From: Minisyncoccota bacterium
GTDB lineage: Bacteria > Patescibacteriota > Minisyncoccia > Phycocordibacterales > Phycocordibacteraceae
Reading direction: 5' to 3'
Assembly: GCA_035627655.1 (NCBI GenBank)
Contig: DASPLI010000001.1
Span: forward strand, 259,355 to 323,354
DNA length: 64,000 nucleotides
Within the stretch, counting starts at the first letter, position 1, and each line of letters begins with the position of its first letter. Position numbers and translations under genes: made by a program. Below, in pieces: positions 28,940 to 37,292 of this stretch. The notes under the pieces were generated by a model. It saw only the letters and a list, made by a program, of their open reading frames with translations, was not told the DNA's origin and did not search any database.

Positions 28940-30028
28940 ATGGCTCAATCTGTAGCCAGACAACTTCCCACCCCGCCGCTCTTCAATCCGAAGAACGCGG
29001 GCAACTGGGGCTATCGCCCCGACCAGCGTGCAATCTTCGAAACCGCCGCTGCCTGGAAAGGCCAACACGGTCTCAAGGCAGCGCGGCTCGATGGACAAAA
29101 AGTCATGCTGCTGCTGATCGACGTGCAGAAGGACTTCTGCCATCCGGAAGGCGCCCTCTACGTGGGCGGCCGGTCGGGTCGCGGTGCGATCGACGACTCG
29201 GCGCGCATTGCCGAGTTCATCTATCGCAATCTGAACGTCGTCTCCGACATCGCGACGACCTTGGATACGCACTTCGCGTACCAGATCTTCTCGCCGTCAT
29301 TCGTCGTCGACGAGAGCGGACAGCCGCTCAAGCCGTTCGACGTCGTGCTTGAAAACTGCGACATCATGCGCGCGGGCGTGTGCGTCGGGAAGGCTTCGGT
29401 CAGCCCGGCCGCCGCCGCGGTCGTCGCCAACGGCGACTACGCGACGCTGCAAAAGCAGTTCGAGTATTACTGCAAGACGCTTGGCCAAGGCGGCAAATAC
29501 AACCTCATCATGTGGCCCGAGCACTGCTTGCTCGGGTCCGAGGGCCACACCCTGGTCGGCGTCATTCACGAAGCGCGTCTCTTCCACGCGTACGCCCGCG
29601 CCTCGCAGTCGCACTGCGAGATCAAGGGCGGCAGCCCGTACACCGAGAACTACTCGGTGCTACAGCCGGAAGTGATGACCACGTTCGACGGCAAAGCCCT
29701 CCCGGGCGTGCAGAAGAACGCGCGATTCATCAAAATGCTGCTCAACTACGACCGCGTTATCGTCGCGGGCCAGGCGGGCAGTCACTGCGTGAAGAGTTCG
29801 ATCGACGACTTCCTCGCGGAAATCGTCGTGCAGGACCCGGCGCTTGCGCGCAAGGTCTACGTGCTCGAAGACTGCATGTCCGCAGTCACCGTGCCTGACG
29901 GCAAGGGCGGTTTCATCGCCGACTACACGCCGGACATGGACGCCGCGCTCGCCAAATTCGGCAACGCCGGCATGCATGTCGTGAAGTCCACAACGCCAGT
30001 CTCCGACTGGCCGGGCTTCCTGCAGTAA
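28940..30028 (+). CDS. pncA: Nicotinamidase (isochorismatase-fold), long form
   Basis: LLLIDVQKDFC, DTH metal site, IVAGQAGSHCVKSS catalytic Cys block closely parallel to E. coli PncA motifs. Confidence 0.7.
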   Translation: MAQSVARQLPTPPLFNPKNAGNWGYRPDQRAIFETAAAWKGQHGLKAARLDGQKVMLLLIDVQKDFCHPEGALYVGGRSGRGAIDDSARIAEFIYRNLNVVSDIATTLDTHFAYQIFSPSFVVDESGQPLKPFDVVLENCDIMRAGVCVGKASVSPAAAAVVANGDYATLQKQFEYYCKTLGQGGKYNLIMWPEHCLLGSEGHTLVGVIHEARLFHAYARASQSHCEIKGGSPYTENYSVLQPEVMTTFDGKALPGVQKNARFIKMLLNYDRVIVAGQAGSHCVKSSIDDFLAEIVVQDPALARKVYVLEDCMSAVTVPDGKGGFIADYTPDMDAALAKFGNAGMHVVKSTTPVSDWPGFLQ

Positions 30029-30102
30029 CGGTCATCCGGGCGTGTGCGGCGAGAGTAATCTCGCCGCATGGGCCCATCACATCAACCAGGGAAGGACATC
30101 CC

Positions 30103-30888
30103 ATGAACTCAACTGACGTTGGCGCTCTATTTAGCGCCGCAGGTAAAGACGGAACGCTCTCCAAAGGAGCGCTCTCGGTGCTCGACGCCGAAGACATCGG
30201 CGCCGTGATCAACCAAGGACTCGGCATCACACCCGACGACATCACTGCAAGCGAGGTCAACAACGTGTTCATGCTGCTCGACGACTCCAGTTCGATCGAG
30301 CATGCGGGCAACACGCAGCATGTTCGCGACGGGCACAACCTGATCGTGGACTCGCTACTGAAGACCAAGCAGGCGGATGCCATCATCATGTGCGGTCGCG
30401 CCCTCAATCGCGGGCAGATCTACCCGTGCGTTCGCCTCCCGGATGTGCCGCGTCTTGACGCGAGCAACTACAATCCGTCGGGCGGCACGCCGTTGTATGA
30501 CGAATCGACGATCATTCTCGGCATGGCGGCCGCCAAGCATCAGCAGTTTGCTGACAATGGCGTGCCGTGCCGGACGATCGTGCCGATCATCACCGACGGC
30601 GCCGACGTGGGCTCCCGCAAGCAGCGGCCAGACCACGTGCGGACCATCGTGCAAGATCTTCTGCGCACCGAGCAGTTCATCGTGATCGGCGTCGGCATCG
30701 ACGACGGCGTGACGAACTTCCGGTCGGTGTTCCAAAGCATGGGCATCGACGACCGCTGGATCCTGACCCCAGGCAATTCGCCAAGCGAAATTCGCAAGGC
30801 GTTTGCGATGGTGTCCCAGTCGGTATCGCGTGCGAGCCAGAACGCGCAAGCGTTCAGCACGGCTGCAATGGGCGGGTTTGCGGGGTAA
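30103..30888 (+). CDS. von Willebrand factor A (vWA) domain protein, TerY-like
   Basis: MIDAS DxSxS (LLDDSSSI), GGTPL, ITDGAD. Confidence 0.75.
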   Translation: MNSTDVGALFSAAGKDGTLSKGALSVLDAEDIGAVINQGLGITPDDITASEVNNVFMLLDDSSSIEHAGNTQHVRDGHNLIVDSLLKTKQADAIIMCGRALNRGQIYPCVRLPDVPRLDASNYNPSGGTPLYDESTIILGMAAAKHQQFADNGVPCRTIVPIITDGADVGSRKQRPDHVRTIVQDLLRTEQFIVIGVGIDDGVTNFRSVFQSMGIDDRWILTPGNSPSEIRKAFAMVSQSVSRASQNAQAFSTAAMGGFAG

Positions 30889-30921
30889 GATCCGCAGACC
30901 TCGGGTCCTGTTCTTTACAGG

Positions 30922-30946
30922 AAGCAGGAGGAGCATGATGCTCCTC
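30922..30946. repeat. Near-perfect 25-bp palindrome CAGGAGGAGCAT-G-ATGCTCCTCCTG
   Basis: 12-bp inverted arms around single central base. Confidence 0.6.
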
Positions 30947-30960
30947 CTGCAATCCTCGCT

Positions 30961-31024
30961 GAGATTCCTTCGGGAATCTCCTTTATAGGAGGCTTGAATC
31001 CTTCGAGCCTCCTTCAAGGAGAGA
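30961..31024 (+). promoter_or_regulatory. Structured leader element copy A (outer TCTCCTT/AAGGAGA helix enclosing GGAGGCT...AGCCTCC hairpin; 3' arm overlaps ARH RBS)
   Basis: Paralogous to 32039-32088 with compensatory stem substitutions. Confidence 0.5.
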
Positions 31025-31029
31025 GTTCT

Positions 31030-31992
31030 TTGCAACAACAGATCTCGCTCATCGAACGCTATCGCGGCGCGATGATTGGCGTACATGTCGGAGATGCGCT
31101 TGGGGCACCATACGAAACGTGGCCCGAAGAACGTATTCTCGCGGACATGCAGGCGCGCGACGGGCTCGTGCTCTTCGACTACGAAGACCCGTGGGGTAAG
31201 GACGGCCTCTTTCCGGCCGGATGCCCGACGGACGACTCGGAGTTGACCGCCGTACTCGCCGAACATCTTATTGAGAACCCAGAAGATCTTGAAGATCTCT
31301 ACGCACGCTTTCGCAGCTGCGTGGTGGATCGCAAGAGCCGCTTGTGCGCGCTTCCAGCATATGGATTTGGCGGCACAACGCGACGGGCGCTCAAGGAGCC
31401 GACGTATCGGGAAGCAGTTCAGCAGCCTAATACGCGGCCGCCGATTCCAAGCAACGGAGCGTTGATGCGGGCAGTGCCGATACCGCTTCGGTTCTTCGGT
31501 AGTCCGCGACAGGTCTCCGACTGCGCGTACGTTACATCGCTTATGACGCACCGGCATCCGCAAGCCATCGACGCATCCGTCGTCTATGCGCATCTGCTCT
31601 ATGGCGTTCTCGAACACGGGAACTACGAGCAGGCGGTCGCACGACTCGTCGGCATGTTGCCCGGTCTCACTGTCGACCAGGCGATTATCGACATCTTCCA
31701 TTCGCCGGCTCAAAAACCGGTGTTTGAAGGAAAGTTCGGCGGCGGCGCGCTCCATACACTTTGTGTGGTGCATTGGGCCGTCTCGACATCCACTTCCTTT
31801 GAAGAGGGGATGACGAAAGCAATCACGATCGGTAGTGATACCGATACGTACGGCGCGGTCGCTGGCGGTCTCCTCGGCGCCACCTACGGTGTACGAGGGA
31901 TCCCAGCCAAGTGGAAACATGGATTGCTTGGCGGCGTTCGTATGTGGCAGCTTGCTGAGAAGCTGCATGCGCTCGCCAATCCAGCGTCGTAA
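31030..31992 (+). CDS. ADP-ribosylglycohydrolase family protein (DraG/ARH-like)
   Basis: IERYRGAMIGVHVGDALGAPYE N-terminal signature, DDSELT, GSDTDTYGAVAGGLLGATYG C-terminal signature; likely TTG start at 31030 after AAGGAGAG (ORF-track start 30994 also TTG). Confidence 0.75.
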   Translation: MQQQISLIERYRGAMIGVHVGDALGAPYETWPEERILADMQARDGLVLFDYEDPWGKDGLFPAGCPTDDSELTAVLAEHLIENPEDLEDLYARFRSCVVDRKSRLCALPAYGFGGTTRRALKEPTYREAVQQPNTRPPIPSNGALMRAVPIPLRFFGSPRQVSDCAYVTSLMTHRHPQAIDASVVYAHLLYGVLEHGNYEQAVARLVGMLPGLTVDQAIIDIFHSPAQKPVFEGKFGGGALHTLCVVHWAVSTSTSFEEGMTKAITIGSDTDTYGAVAGGLLGATYGVRGIPAKWKHGLLGGVRMWQLAEKLHALANPAS

Positions 31993-31996
31993 TGCG

Positions 31997-32024
31997 TGGT
32001 GTGCGGGCCTTCGGGCCTGCACAC
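31997..32024 (+). other. GC hairpin with UUCG loop (GTGTGCGGGCC-TTCG-GGCCTGCACAC) after ARH gene
   Basis: 10/11-bp stem, no T-run. Confidence 0.4.
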
Positions 32025-32038
32025 TCCGCTTGTTCTAG

Positions 32039-32088
32039 CGAGATCTCCTTTATGGAGCGTTTGAGTTTCTCGAACGCTCCTCAAGGAA
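32039..32088 (+). promoter_or_regulatory. Structured leader element copy B upstream of nadE
   Basis: GAGATCTCCTTTATGGAGCGTTTGA...TCGAACGCTCCTCAAGGAAA; stem GGAGCGTT/AACGCTCC. Confidence 0.5.
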
Positions 32089-32142
32089 ATTGTGATCTTT
32101 GAGAACTATCGAACTCACCACTTCTAACAGAAGGAGGACTAC

Positions 32143-34014
32143 ATGCTTGGTTCACCGGTCCGGATCGTCGTCGCGCAAGTGGGGGCGGTTCCGGGTGATG
32201 TTGCGACCAACTTCGCAAACATATTCGACACGATTGCGACTGCGCGACGCGCGGCCGCCGATATCGTGGTGTTGCCGGAGCTTGCAACCACGGCATATGT
32301 GCTCGGCGATCGCTGGGAATACGACGCGTTCATTCGCGAAACCCAAGAAATCAACGAGCGGATCCGCGAAGCCTCCCGAGGACTCACTGTCATCTGGGGC
32401 TCGATCAAAGCGGATTTCGGCAAGATGGGCGAAGACGGTCGCGTGCGAAAATACAACGCCGCCTTCATCGCATCTCACGGCCGCTGGATCTCAAACGGCA
32501 CGCTGGACGGGTTCGTTCCCAAGACGAATCTGCCTAAGTACCGCATCTTCGACGATGCGCGCCACTTCTACCCGGCGGGGAAACTCGCCGCGGAAATGCA
32601 GACGCGTCTTGAAACGCTGCTCGCACCCTTCCCGCTGGTCATCAAAGGCAAGCGCTACAACATTGCGCTCTCTGTCTGCGAAGACCTCTGGCAGGACGAG
32701 TACAACGAGAAACCGGCGCAGATCTACAGTGCGCACGACTCCGATCTCATCATCGACATCTCGTGCTCGCCGTGGACGTACGGCAAGTGGCATGCGCGCG
32801 AAAATATGCTGAAGCGCCGCGTGAAGGACACGGGCATCCCGATCCTCTACGTGAACGCGATCGGCCTCGAAAACAACACCAAGAACTTGATTTGGTTCGA
32901 TGGCGACTCAGCGCTCATCGACGCCGAAGGACGGTTCCGGTGGCGCGGCCAACAGCACAAAGAGCAGATCCACATCCTCGATCTCGATGATCTCGACGGC
33001 CCACTCCCTGAGCGGACCTATACGGGTATCAAAGAGATTCACGACGCGACAGTCGCGGCAATGAAAGCCTTCTACGCTCCGTTCGCACGGGTCGTCGTCG
33101 GGCTTTCAGGCGGCATCGATTCGGCGCTCGCGCTCGCGCTTCTCACCGAAGCGCTCGGCGCCAAGCGACTGCTTGCGGTCAACATGCCGACCGAGTTCAA
33201 CTCGGAAACTACCCGAGGACTCGCAGCGCTCTGCGCTCGGAACCTCGGTGTCGAGTACGTCATCTCTCCGATCCAAGAAGCGTACGAGGAAGAACTTCGT
33301 GCGCTTCAAAAGCTCGGCATGACGCCGTCCGCACTCGATCGGGAAAACATCCAGGCAGTCTTGCGCGGCACGCGTCTCAACGCGATCGCCAAAGCGCAAG
33401 GCAGTATGCATGGCGGCGCCGGCGCATTCACCTGCAACGGCAACAAGACCGAGATGGCCCTCAACTACTTCACCCTCTATGGGGACGGAGCGGGCGCTGC
33501 GGCCTTTCTAGCCGATCTCTGGAAGGGTCAGATCTACGAGCTTGCACGCTACATCAACGAGCGTGCGGGCCGCGAGCTGATCCCGCAAGGGATTCTCGAC
33601 ATCGTGCCGTCGGCGGAACTCTCGAAGGATCAAGCGGTCGATGAGGGGAAGGGAGATCCTATCTTCTTCCCGTATCACGACCAGCTCCTGCGGGCGTTCA
33701 CCGAACTGCGCTGGGATCCGACCACGGTGCTCGAGCACTTGTGCGAAAGCAACGAGGCGCTCGAGCAGAAGCTCGGCTGTGCTCCCGGCACCGTCGCTCG
33801 GTACTTCAACTCGCGCCGCACGCTCGTCGATAACCTCGAATGGGCGTGGCGCCAGTACAACACCGAGTTCAAGCGCGGACAGACGCCGCCGGTCTTCCTC
33901 ACGTCGCGCCGAGCCTTCGGGTTCGACCGACGCGATACGATCGCCGCGGGATACCTGACGAAGCGCTACCAAGAACTCAAGCAAGCGTACTTGGCCGGCG
34001 AACTCGTCGCGTGA
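32143..34014 (+). CDS. nadE: Glutamine-dependent NAD+ synthetase (N-terminal CN-hydrolase/nitrilase domain + C-terminal NAD synthetase domain)
   Basis: 623 aa; nitrilase-type N-domain; GLSGGIDSAL PP-loop in C-domain; RBS AGGAGG. Confidence 0.88.
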   Translation: MLGSPVRIVVAQVGAVPGDVATNFANIFDTIATARRAAADIVVLPELATTAYVLGDRWEYDAFIRETQEINERIREASRGLTVIWGSIKADFGKMGEDGRVRKYNAAFIASHGRWISNGTLDGFVPKTNLPKYRIFDDARHFYPAGKLAAEMQTRLETLLAPFPLVIKGKRYNIALSVCEDLWQDEYNEKPAQIYSAHDSDLIIDISCSPWTYGKWHARENMLKRRVKDTGIPILYVNAIGLENNTKNLIWFDGDSALIDAEGRFRWRGQQHKEQIHILDLDDLDGPLPERTYTGIKEIHDATVAAMKAFYAPFARVVVGLSGGIDSALALALLTEALGAKRLLAVNMPTEFNSETTRGLAALCARNLGVEYVISPIQEAYEEELRALQKLGMTPSALDRENIQAVLRGTRLNAIAKAQGSMHGGAGAFTCNGNKTEMALNYFTLYGDGAGAAAFLADLWKGQIYELARYINERAGRELIPQGILDIVPSAELSKDQAVDEGKGDPIFFPYHDQLLRAFTELRWDPTTVLEHLCESNEALEQKLGCAPGTVARYFNSRRTLVDNLEWAWRQYNTEFKRGQTPPVFLTSRRAFGFDRRDTIAAGYLTKRYQELKQAYLAGELVA

Positions 34015-34159
34015 CGTTCGATGTGCAGGAGGGTTTCGGCCCTCCTGCATACCGTCCTTTCCTCGGGAAAGGACTTCGTATGGGGCGCCTAAGCAGATGC
34101 TTGGACGCCGCAACGGAGTTACAGATCTTTTTCACCTATAGACAACAGAAAGGAAACCA

Positions 34160-35527
34160 ATGACTGACTTCGTGGGGCGCGTACTGCGTCCTGAAAAAGA
34201 CGATTGGGTAATCCGGTCGCTTCTCGACGTGGACTTTTACAAGTTCACGATGGGGCTCTTTATCTTCCTGCTGCATCGCGGCGTGGAGGTGGAGTTCTGC
34301 CTGATCAACCGAAACCTAAAGCTTCCCCTCGCCGATATCGTCGACGAGGAGGAGCTTCGGCGACAGCTCGATCACGTGCGTACGCTGTGCCTCTCGCGCA
34401 CGGACGTCGTGTACTTGCGTGGCCAGGATGTGTACGGGCACAACATGTTCCCGGAAAACTATCTGGCGTTCTTGCGGCAGCTCGCGCTGCCCGAGTACAC
34501 GCTTCGGCGCGTCGGCAATCAGTATGAGCTGAAGTTCAAGGGTTCGTGGGAAACGGTGACGTTTTGGGAAACCATCGCGCTCGCCATCATTTCGGAACTC
34601 TTCTACCGCGCGCTCATGCAGTCGATGCCTGAGCACGAATTGCGCGTGCTATTTGGCCGCGCGATTGATCGCCTCTATCGGAAGCTCGAGAAGCTCAAGA
34701 CGCGTCCCTGGATTCGGTTCGCCGATTTCGGGCAGCGTCGCCGCTTCAGCTTCCTCTGGCAGCGGTTCGTTGATCAGACGTGTCGCGAGGTCGTGCCGCA
34801 GCAATTTGTGGGGACCAGTAACACCTGGATGGCCTTCAATCAGGACTTGGTGCCCATCGGTACCAATGCGCACGAGCTTCCCATGGTCCTCACCGCGCTT
34901 GCGGAGGGGGACGAAGCGAAGCGGTACGCGCAGTATCAGGTGCTCAGGGAGTGGGGAGGCATGTTCCCGCAAAACGCCCTGCGCATCATGCTGCCGGATA
35001 CCTACGGCTCCGAGCAGTTCTTCCAGAACATGCCGGCCGATCTTGCCGAAGAAGTTGCCGAAACCTGGCGCGGCCAGCGTCAGGATTCGGGCGATCCGAT
35101 CACGGAATGCCGCCGCTACACATCGTGGCTGCGCGGTTATATCCAGCCGGCACGCATTCGTTCAGAGCGCCTCAACATCTTTTCCGACGGCCTCGACATC
35201 GATCCCATCTTTGAGTTCGATGACCAGGTCAGAGACGAGATCCTCATCTCAAACGGGTGGGGTACGACGCTCACGAACGACTTCATCGATTGCCATCCGC
35301 GACCAGACGACCGTGCGGTCGTGCGCGGCAAAACGCTCGAGCTGACGAACCGTCAGTTGTGGCGTGGGCACTCGATCGTCTGCAAAGTCGAGTACGCCAA
35401 CGGGCGTCCGGCGGTAAAACTTTCAAACAACATTAACAAGGCGACCGGTCCTTCCAAGGAAGCGATCGCCGAGTACGTGCGCATCTTTGGCAACGAAGGT
35501 CGCGCAGCGCAGGATGTTGTCGTCTAA
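34160..35527 (+). CDS. pncB: Nicotinate phosphoribosyltransferase
   Basis: SLLDVDFYKFTMG, FGQRRRFS, GTSNTW, QDSGDP blocks align with E. coli PncB. Confidence 0.88.
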   Translation: MTDFVGRVLRPEKDDWVIRSLLDVDFYKFTMGLFIFLLHRGVEVEFCLINRNLKLPLADIVDEEELRRQLDHVRTLCLSRTDVVYLRGQDVYGHNMFPENYLAFLRQLALPEYTLRRVGNQYELKFKGSWETVTFWETIALAIISELFYRALMQSMPEHELRVLFGRAIDRLYRKLEKLKTRPWIRFADFGQRRRFSFLWQRFVDQTCREVVPQQFVGTSNTWMAFNQDLVPIGTNAHELPMVLTALAEGDEAKRYAQYQVLREWGGMFPQNALRIMLPDTYGSEQFFQNMPADLAEEVAETWRGQRQDSGDPITECRRYTSWLRGYIQPARIRSERLNIFSDGLDIDPIFEFDDQVRDEILISNGWGTTLTNDFIDCHPRPDDRAVVRGKTLELTNRQLWRGHSIVCKVEYANGRPAVKLSNNINKATGPSKEAIAEYVRIFGNEGRAAQDVVV

Positions 35528-35574
35528 AAATACTTGAACCCCCTACGCGAACATGTTCGCGTAGGGGGTTCTTT

Positions 35575-36462
35575 TTATGGTCGTGTGCGAGTCAGGAGTC
35601 GATGACCAAGCGTGTGGTGCCAGGGCACCAAGCGCTCGATCAGCGCATCGCGCTTCACCCAGTGGACGCTATCCGCGTCGTCTGCCGCAGTGGGCGTACC
35701 GGAGAGGTACGTGCCACGGAAGAAGGTGGTCGTGATGCCGTCCGTGCTGTTGCGATAGCGAGGATCGTTGATCGGGTCTGACCCCAACCACGTGAGTTCG
35801 CTGATCTCAACGCCCGGCACTTCTTCGCCAAACTCGCGCGGAGCGGCGTCTTCGTCGCGTTCGCCGACATTGACGTGTCCGCCCGGGAAGGACAACAGAC
35901 CTTCGTGCCGATTCTTGCCGATGAGAAGTACCTCATCGGTCGACGGCCGTTCGATCGCGATGTCGACCGTGCGGAACGCAATCGGATACCGACTGTTTAC
36001 CTGCCAGATCGCCGCGTCGCGCGCGTCCCGGGTATTCATGAGTCGCGCCGACTTCCGCAGGGCGGTGCCGCTTTCGCGCGCATCTTCCGACGCAAGCTCA
36101 ACGGTCGGGAATGTGCCCGAGTAGAGCGGTAGGAAGCTGTCGCGCGATCCGTAGAGGGTGATCGGGTTGAATGGAAATTCTTTCCGGATCAGTGCATCCA
36201 GATCGCGCGACCAGAAGGTCGGGTTGATCGGATGATCGAAGATCTCAAGGATCTTCGCCCGCGGATACGCGGATTTCATCATGTCCCGCCGCGCTTCGAA
36301 GGGAAGCGGGTTTTCCCGCGTCGCCTGACCTCCGGTAGAGGCAAGGACGACGAGCAGGTAGGCATGATTGTCGCGAGCGGTGTTGAGCACATGCAAATGG
36401 CCGCGGTGAAGATAGGGCACTTGGAAGCGTCCTACCACCACCCCAACCGATGGCAGTCCCAT
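35575..36462 (-). CDS. nadM: Bifunctional nicotinamide/nicotinate mononucleotide adenylyltransferase - Nudix (ADP-ribose pyrophosphatase) fusion, NadM-Nudix type
   Basis: N-term GVVVGRFQVPYLHRGHL (HxGH nucleotidyltransferase), C-term Nudix box GGHVNVGERDEDAAPREFGEEVPGV; ATG 36460-36462 after AAGGAGA. Confidence 0.75.
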   Translation of the reverse strand: MGLPSVGVVVGRFQVPYLHRGHLHVLNTARDNHAYLLVVLASTGGQATRENPLPFEARRDMMKSAYPRAKILEIFDHPINPTFWSRDLDALIRKEFPFNPITLYGSRDSFLPLYSGTFPTVELASEDARESGTALRKSARLMNTRDARDAAIWQVNSRYPIAFRTVDIAIERPSTDEVLLIGKNRHEGLLSFPGGHVNVGERDEDAAPREFGEEVPGVEISELTWLGSDPINDPRYRNSTDGITTTFFRGTYLSGTPTAADDADSVHWVKRDALIERLVPWHHTLGHRLLTRTRP

Positions 36463-36475
36463 GGCATTTCTCCTT

Positions 36476-36491
36476 TTCTTGCTAGAAAGAA
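36476..36491. promoter_or_regulatory. 16-bp palindrome TTCTTGCTAGAAAGAA abutting nadM Shine-Dalgarno
   Basis: 7/8 matched inverted half-sites. Confidence 0.35.
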
Positions 36492-36495
36492 CGGA

Positions 36496-36524
36496 TGAAA
36501 AAAGGCAGGCTGGAATGCCTGCGC
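36496..36524 (-). terminator. Hairpin + U-run (minus orientation) between nrtR-like gene and nadM (terminator or attenuator)
   Basis: GCAGGC-ATTCCA-GCCTGC followed by TTTTTTCAT on minus strand. Confidence 0.55.
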
Positions 36525-36562
36525 TTTCTGTATTCAATCGTAAAAAAGGGGGAGTGTCAATG

Positions 36563-37249
36563 TTACAGCACCTCGATTTCCTTCACGTCCTTGGATGCAA
36601 ACGTATAGAGCTGGGCAGGGCGGGAACGGCCCCCGCGACGCTTTTTCGGGAGTTCCTTCAGGATCCCGAGCTTGAGGATTTTCTTGCGGAAGTTTCGCTT
36701 GTCGAGATCGCGCTCCAAAATGCATTCATAGGTGCGCTCAAGCTCGGTGAGCGTGAATTCCTCAGGCATCAGCTGTGCGATGAGGGTGGTGTACGTGATG
36801 CGCGAGCGCAGGCGCGCCCGGGCCGCTGCAAGCACTTCGTTGTGATCGTAGGCGAGGGTTGTCTTTTCGTGTGCCGGGCTCCACCAGGAATCGTCTGTGT
36901 CTTTGCGCTCCTCCTCCGTCAGGGCATCCCAGGGGACGCAGGCGATATAAGCGACCGCAACCGCCCGGCTGCGGGGGTCTCGATTCACTGCGCTGAAGGT
37001 CGCCAGCTGCTCCATATAGATGTGGGAGGAGGAAATGCCGGTACGACCCTTCAGGTGGCGAATAGCGGCCTCTTCAGCCGTTTCTGTGGCATCCAGGAGA
37101 CCTCCGGGAAGGCCGGGGACCCCCGGGAAGTGGGGTGGGCGGTTCACCCGGATGAGGCGGACCAAGAGGGTCGCCTCCCGAATCGTAAAGAGCGCGATGT
37201 CCGCAGCAAGGACCGCAAACCGCAACGGCTCCGGATTTTGAGGGGTCAT
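36563..37249 (-). CDS. nrtR: Nudix-related transcriptional regulator (NrtR-like: degenerate Nudix domain + C-terminal winged-helix)
   Basis: Degenerate Nudix box GLPGGLLDATETAEEAAIRHLKGRTGI (catalytic Glu positions altered), basic helix-rich C-terminus; gene context with NAD salvage genes. Confidence 0.55.
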   Translation of the reverse strand: MTPQNPEPLRFAVLAADIALFTIREATLLVRLIRVNRPPHFPGVPGLPGGLLDATETAEEAAIRHLKGRTGISSSHIYMEQLATFSAVNRDPRSRAVAVAYIACVPWDALTEEERKDTDDSWWSPAHEKTTLAYDHNEVLAAARARLRSRITYTTLIAQLMPEEFTLTELERTYECILERDLDKRNFRKKILKLGILKELPKKRRGGRSRPAQLYTFASKDVKEIEVL

Positions 37250-37292
37250 ATGGACACTATAGCAAGGCGCCAGGCCGAATGATACGAAAAGT

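Noticed and set aside
30355-32022. 555-aa minus-strand ORF
   Set aside because: Antisense to the vWA and ADP-ribosylglycohydrolase genes, which have clear domain signatures and RBSs. The product is Arg/His-rich.
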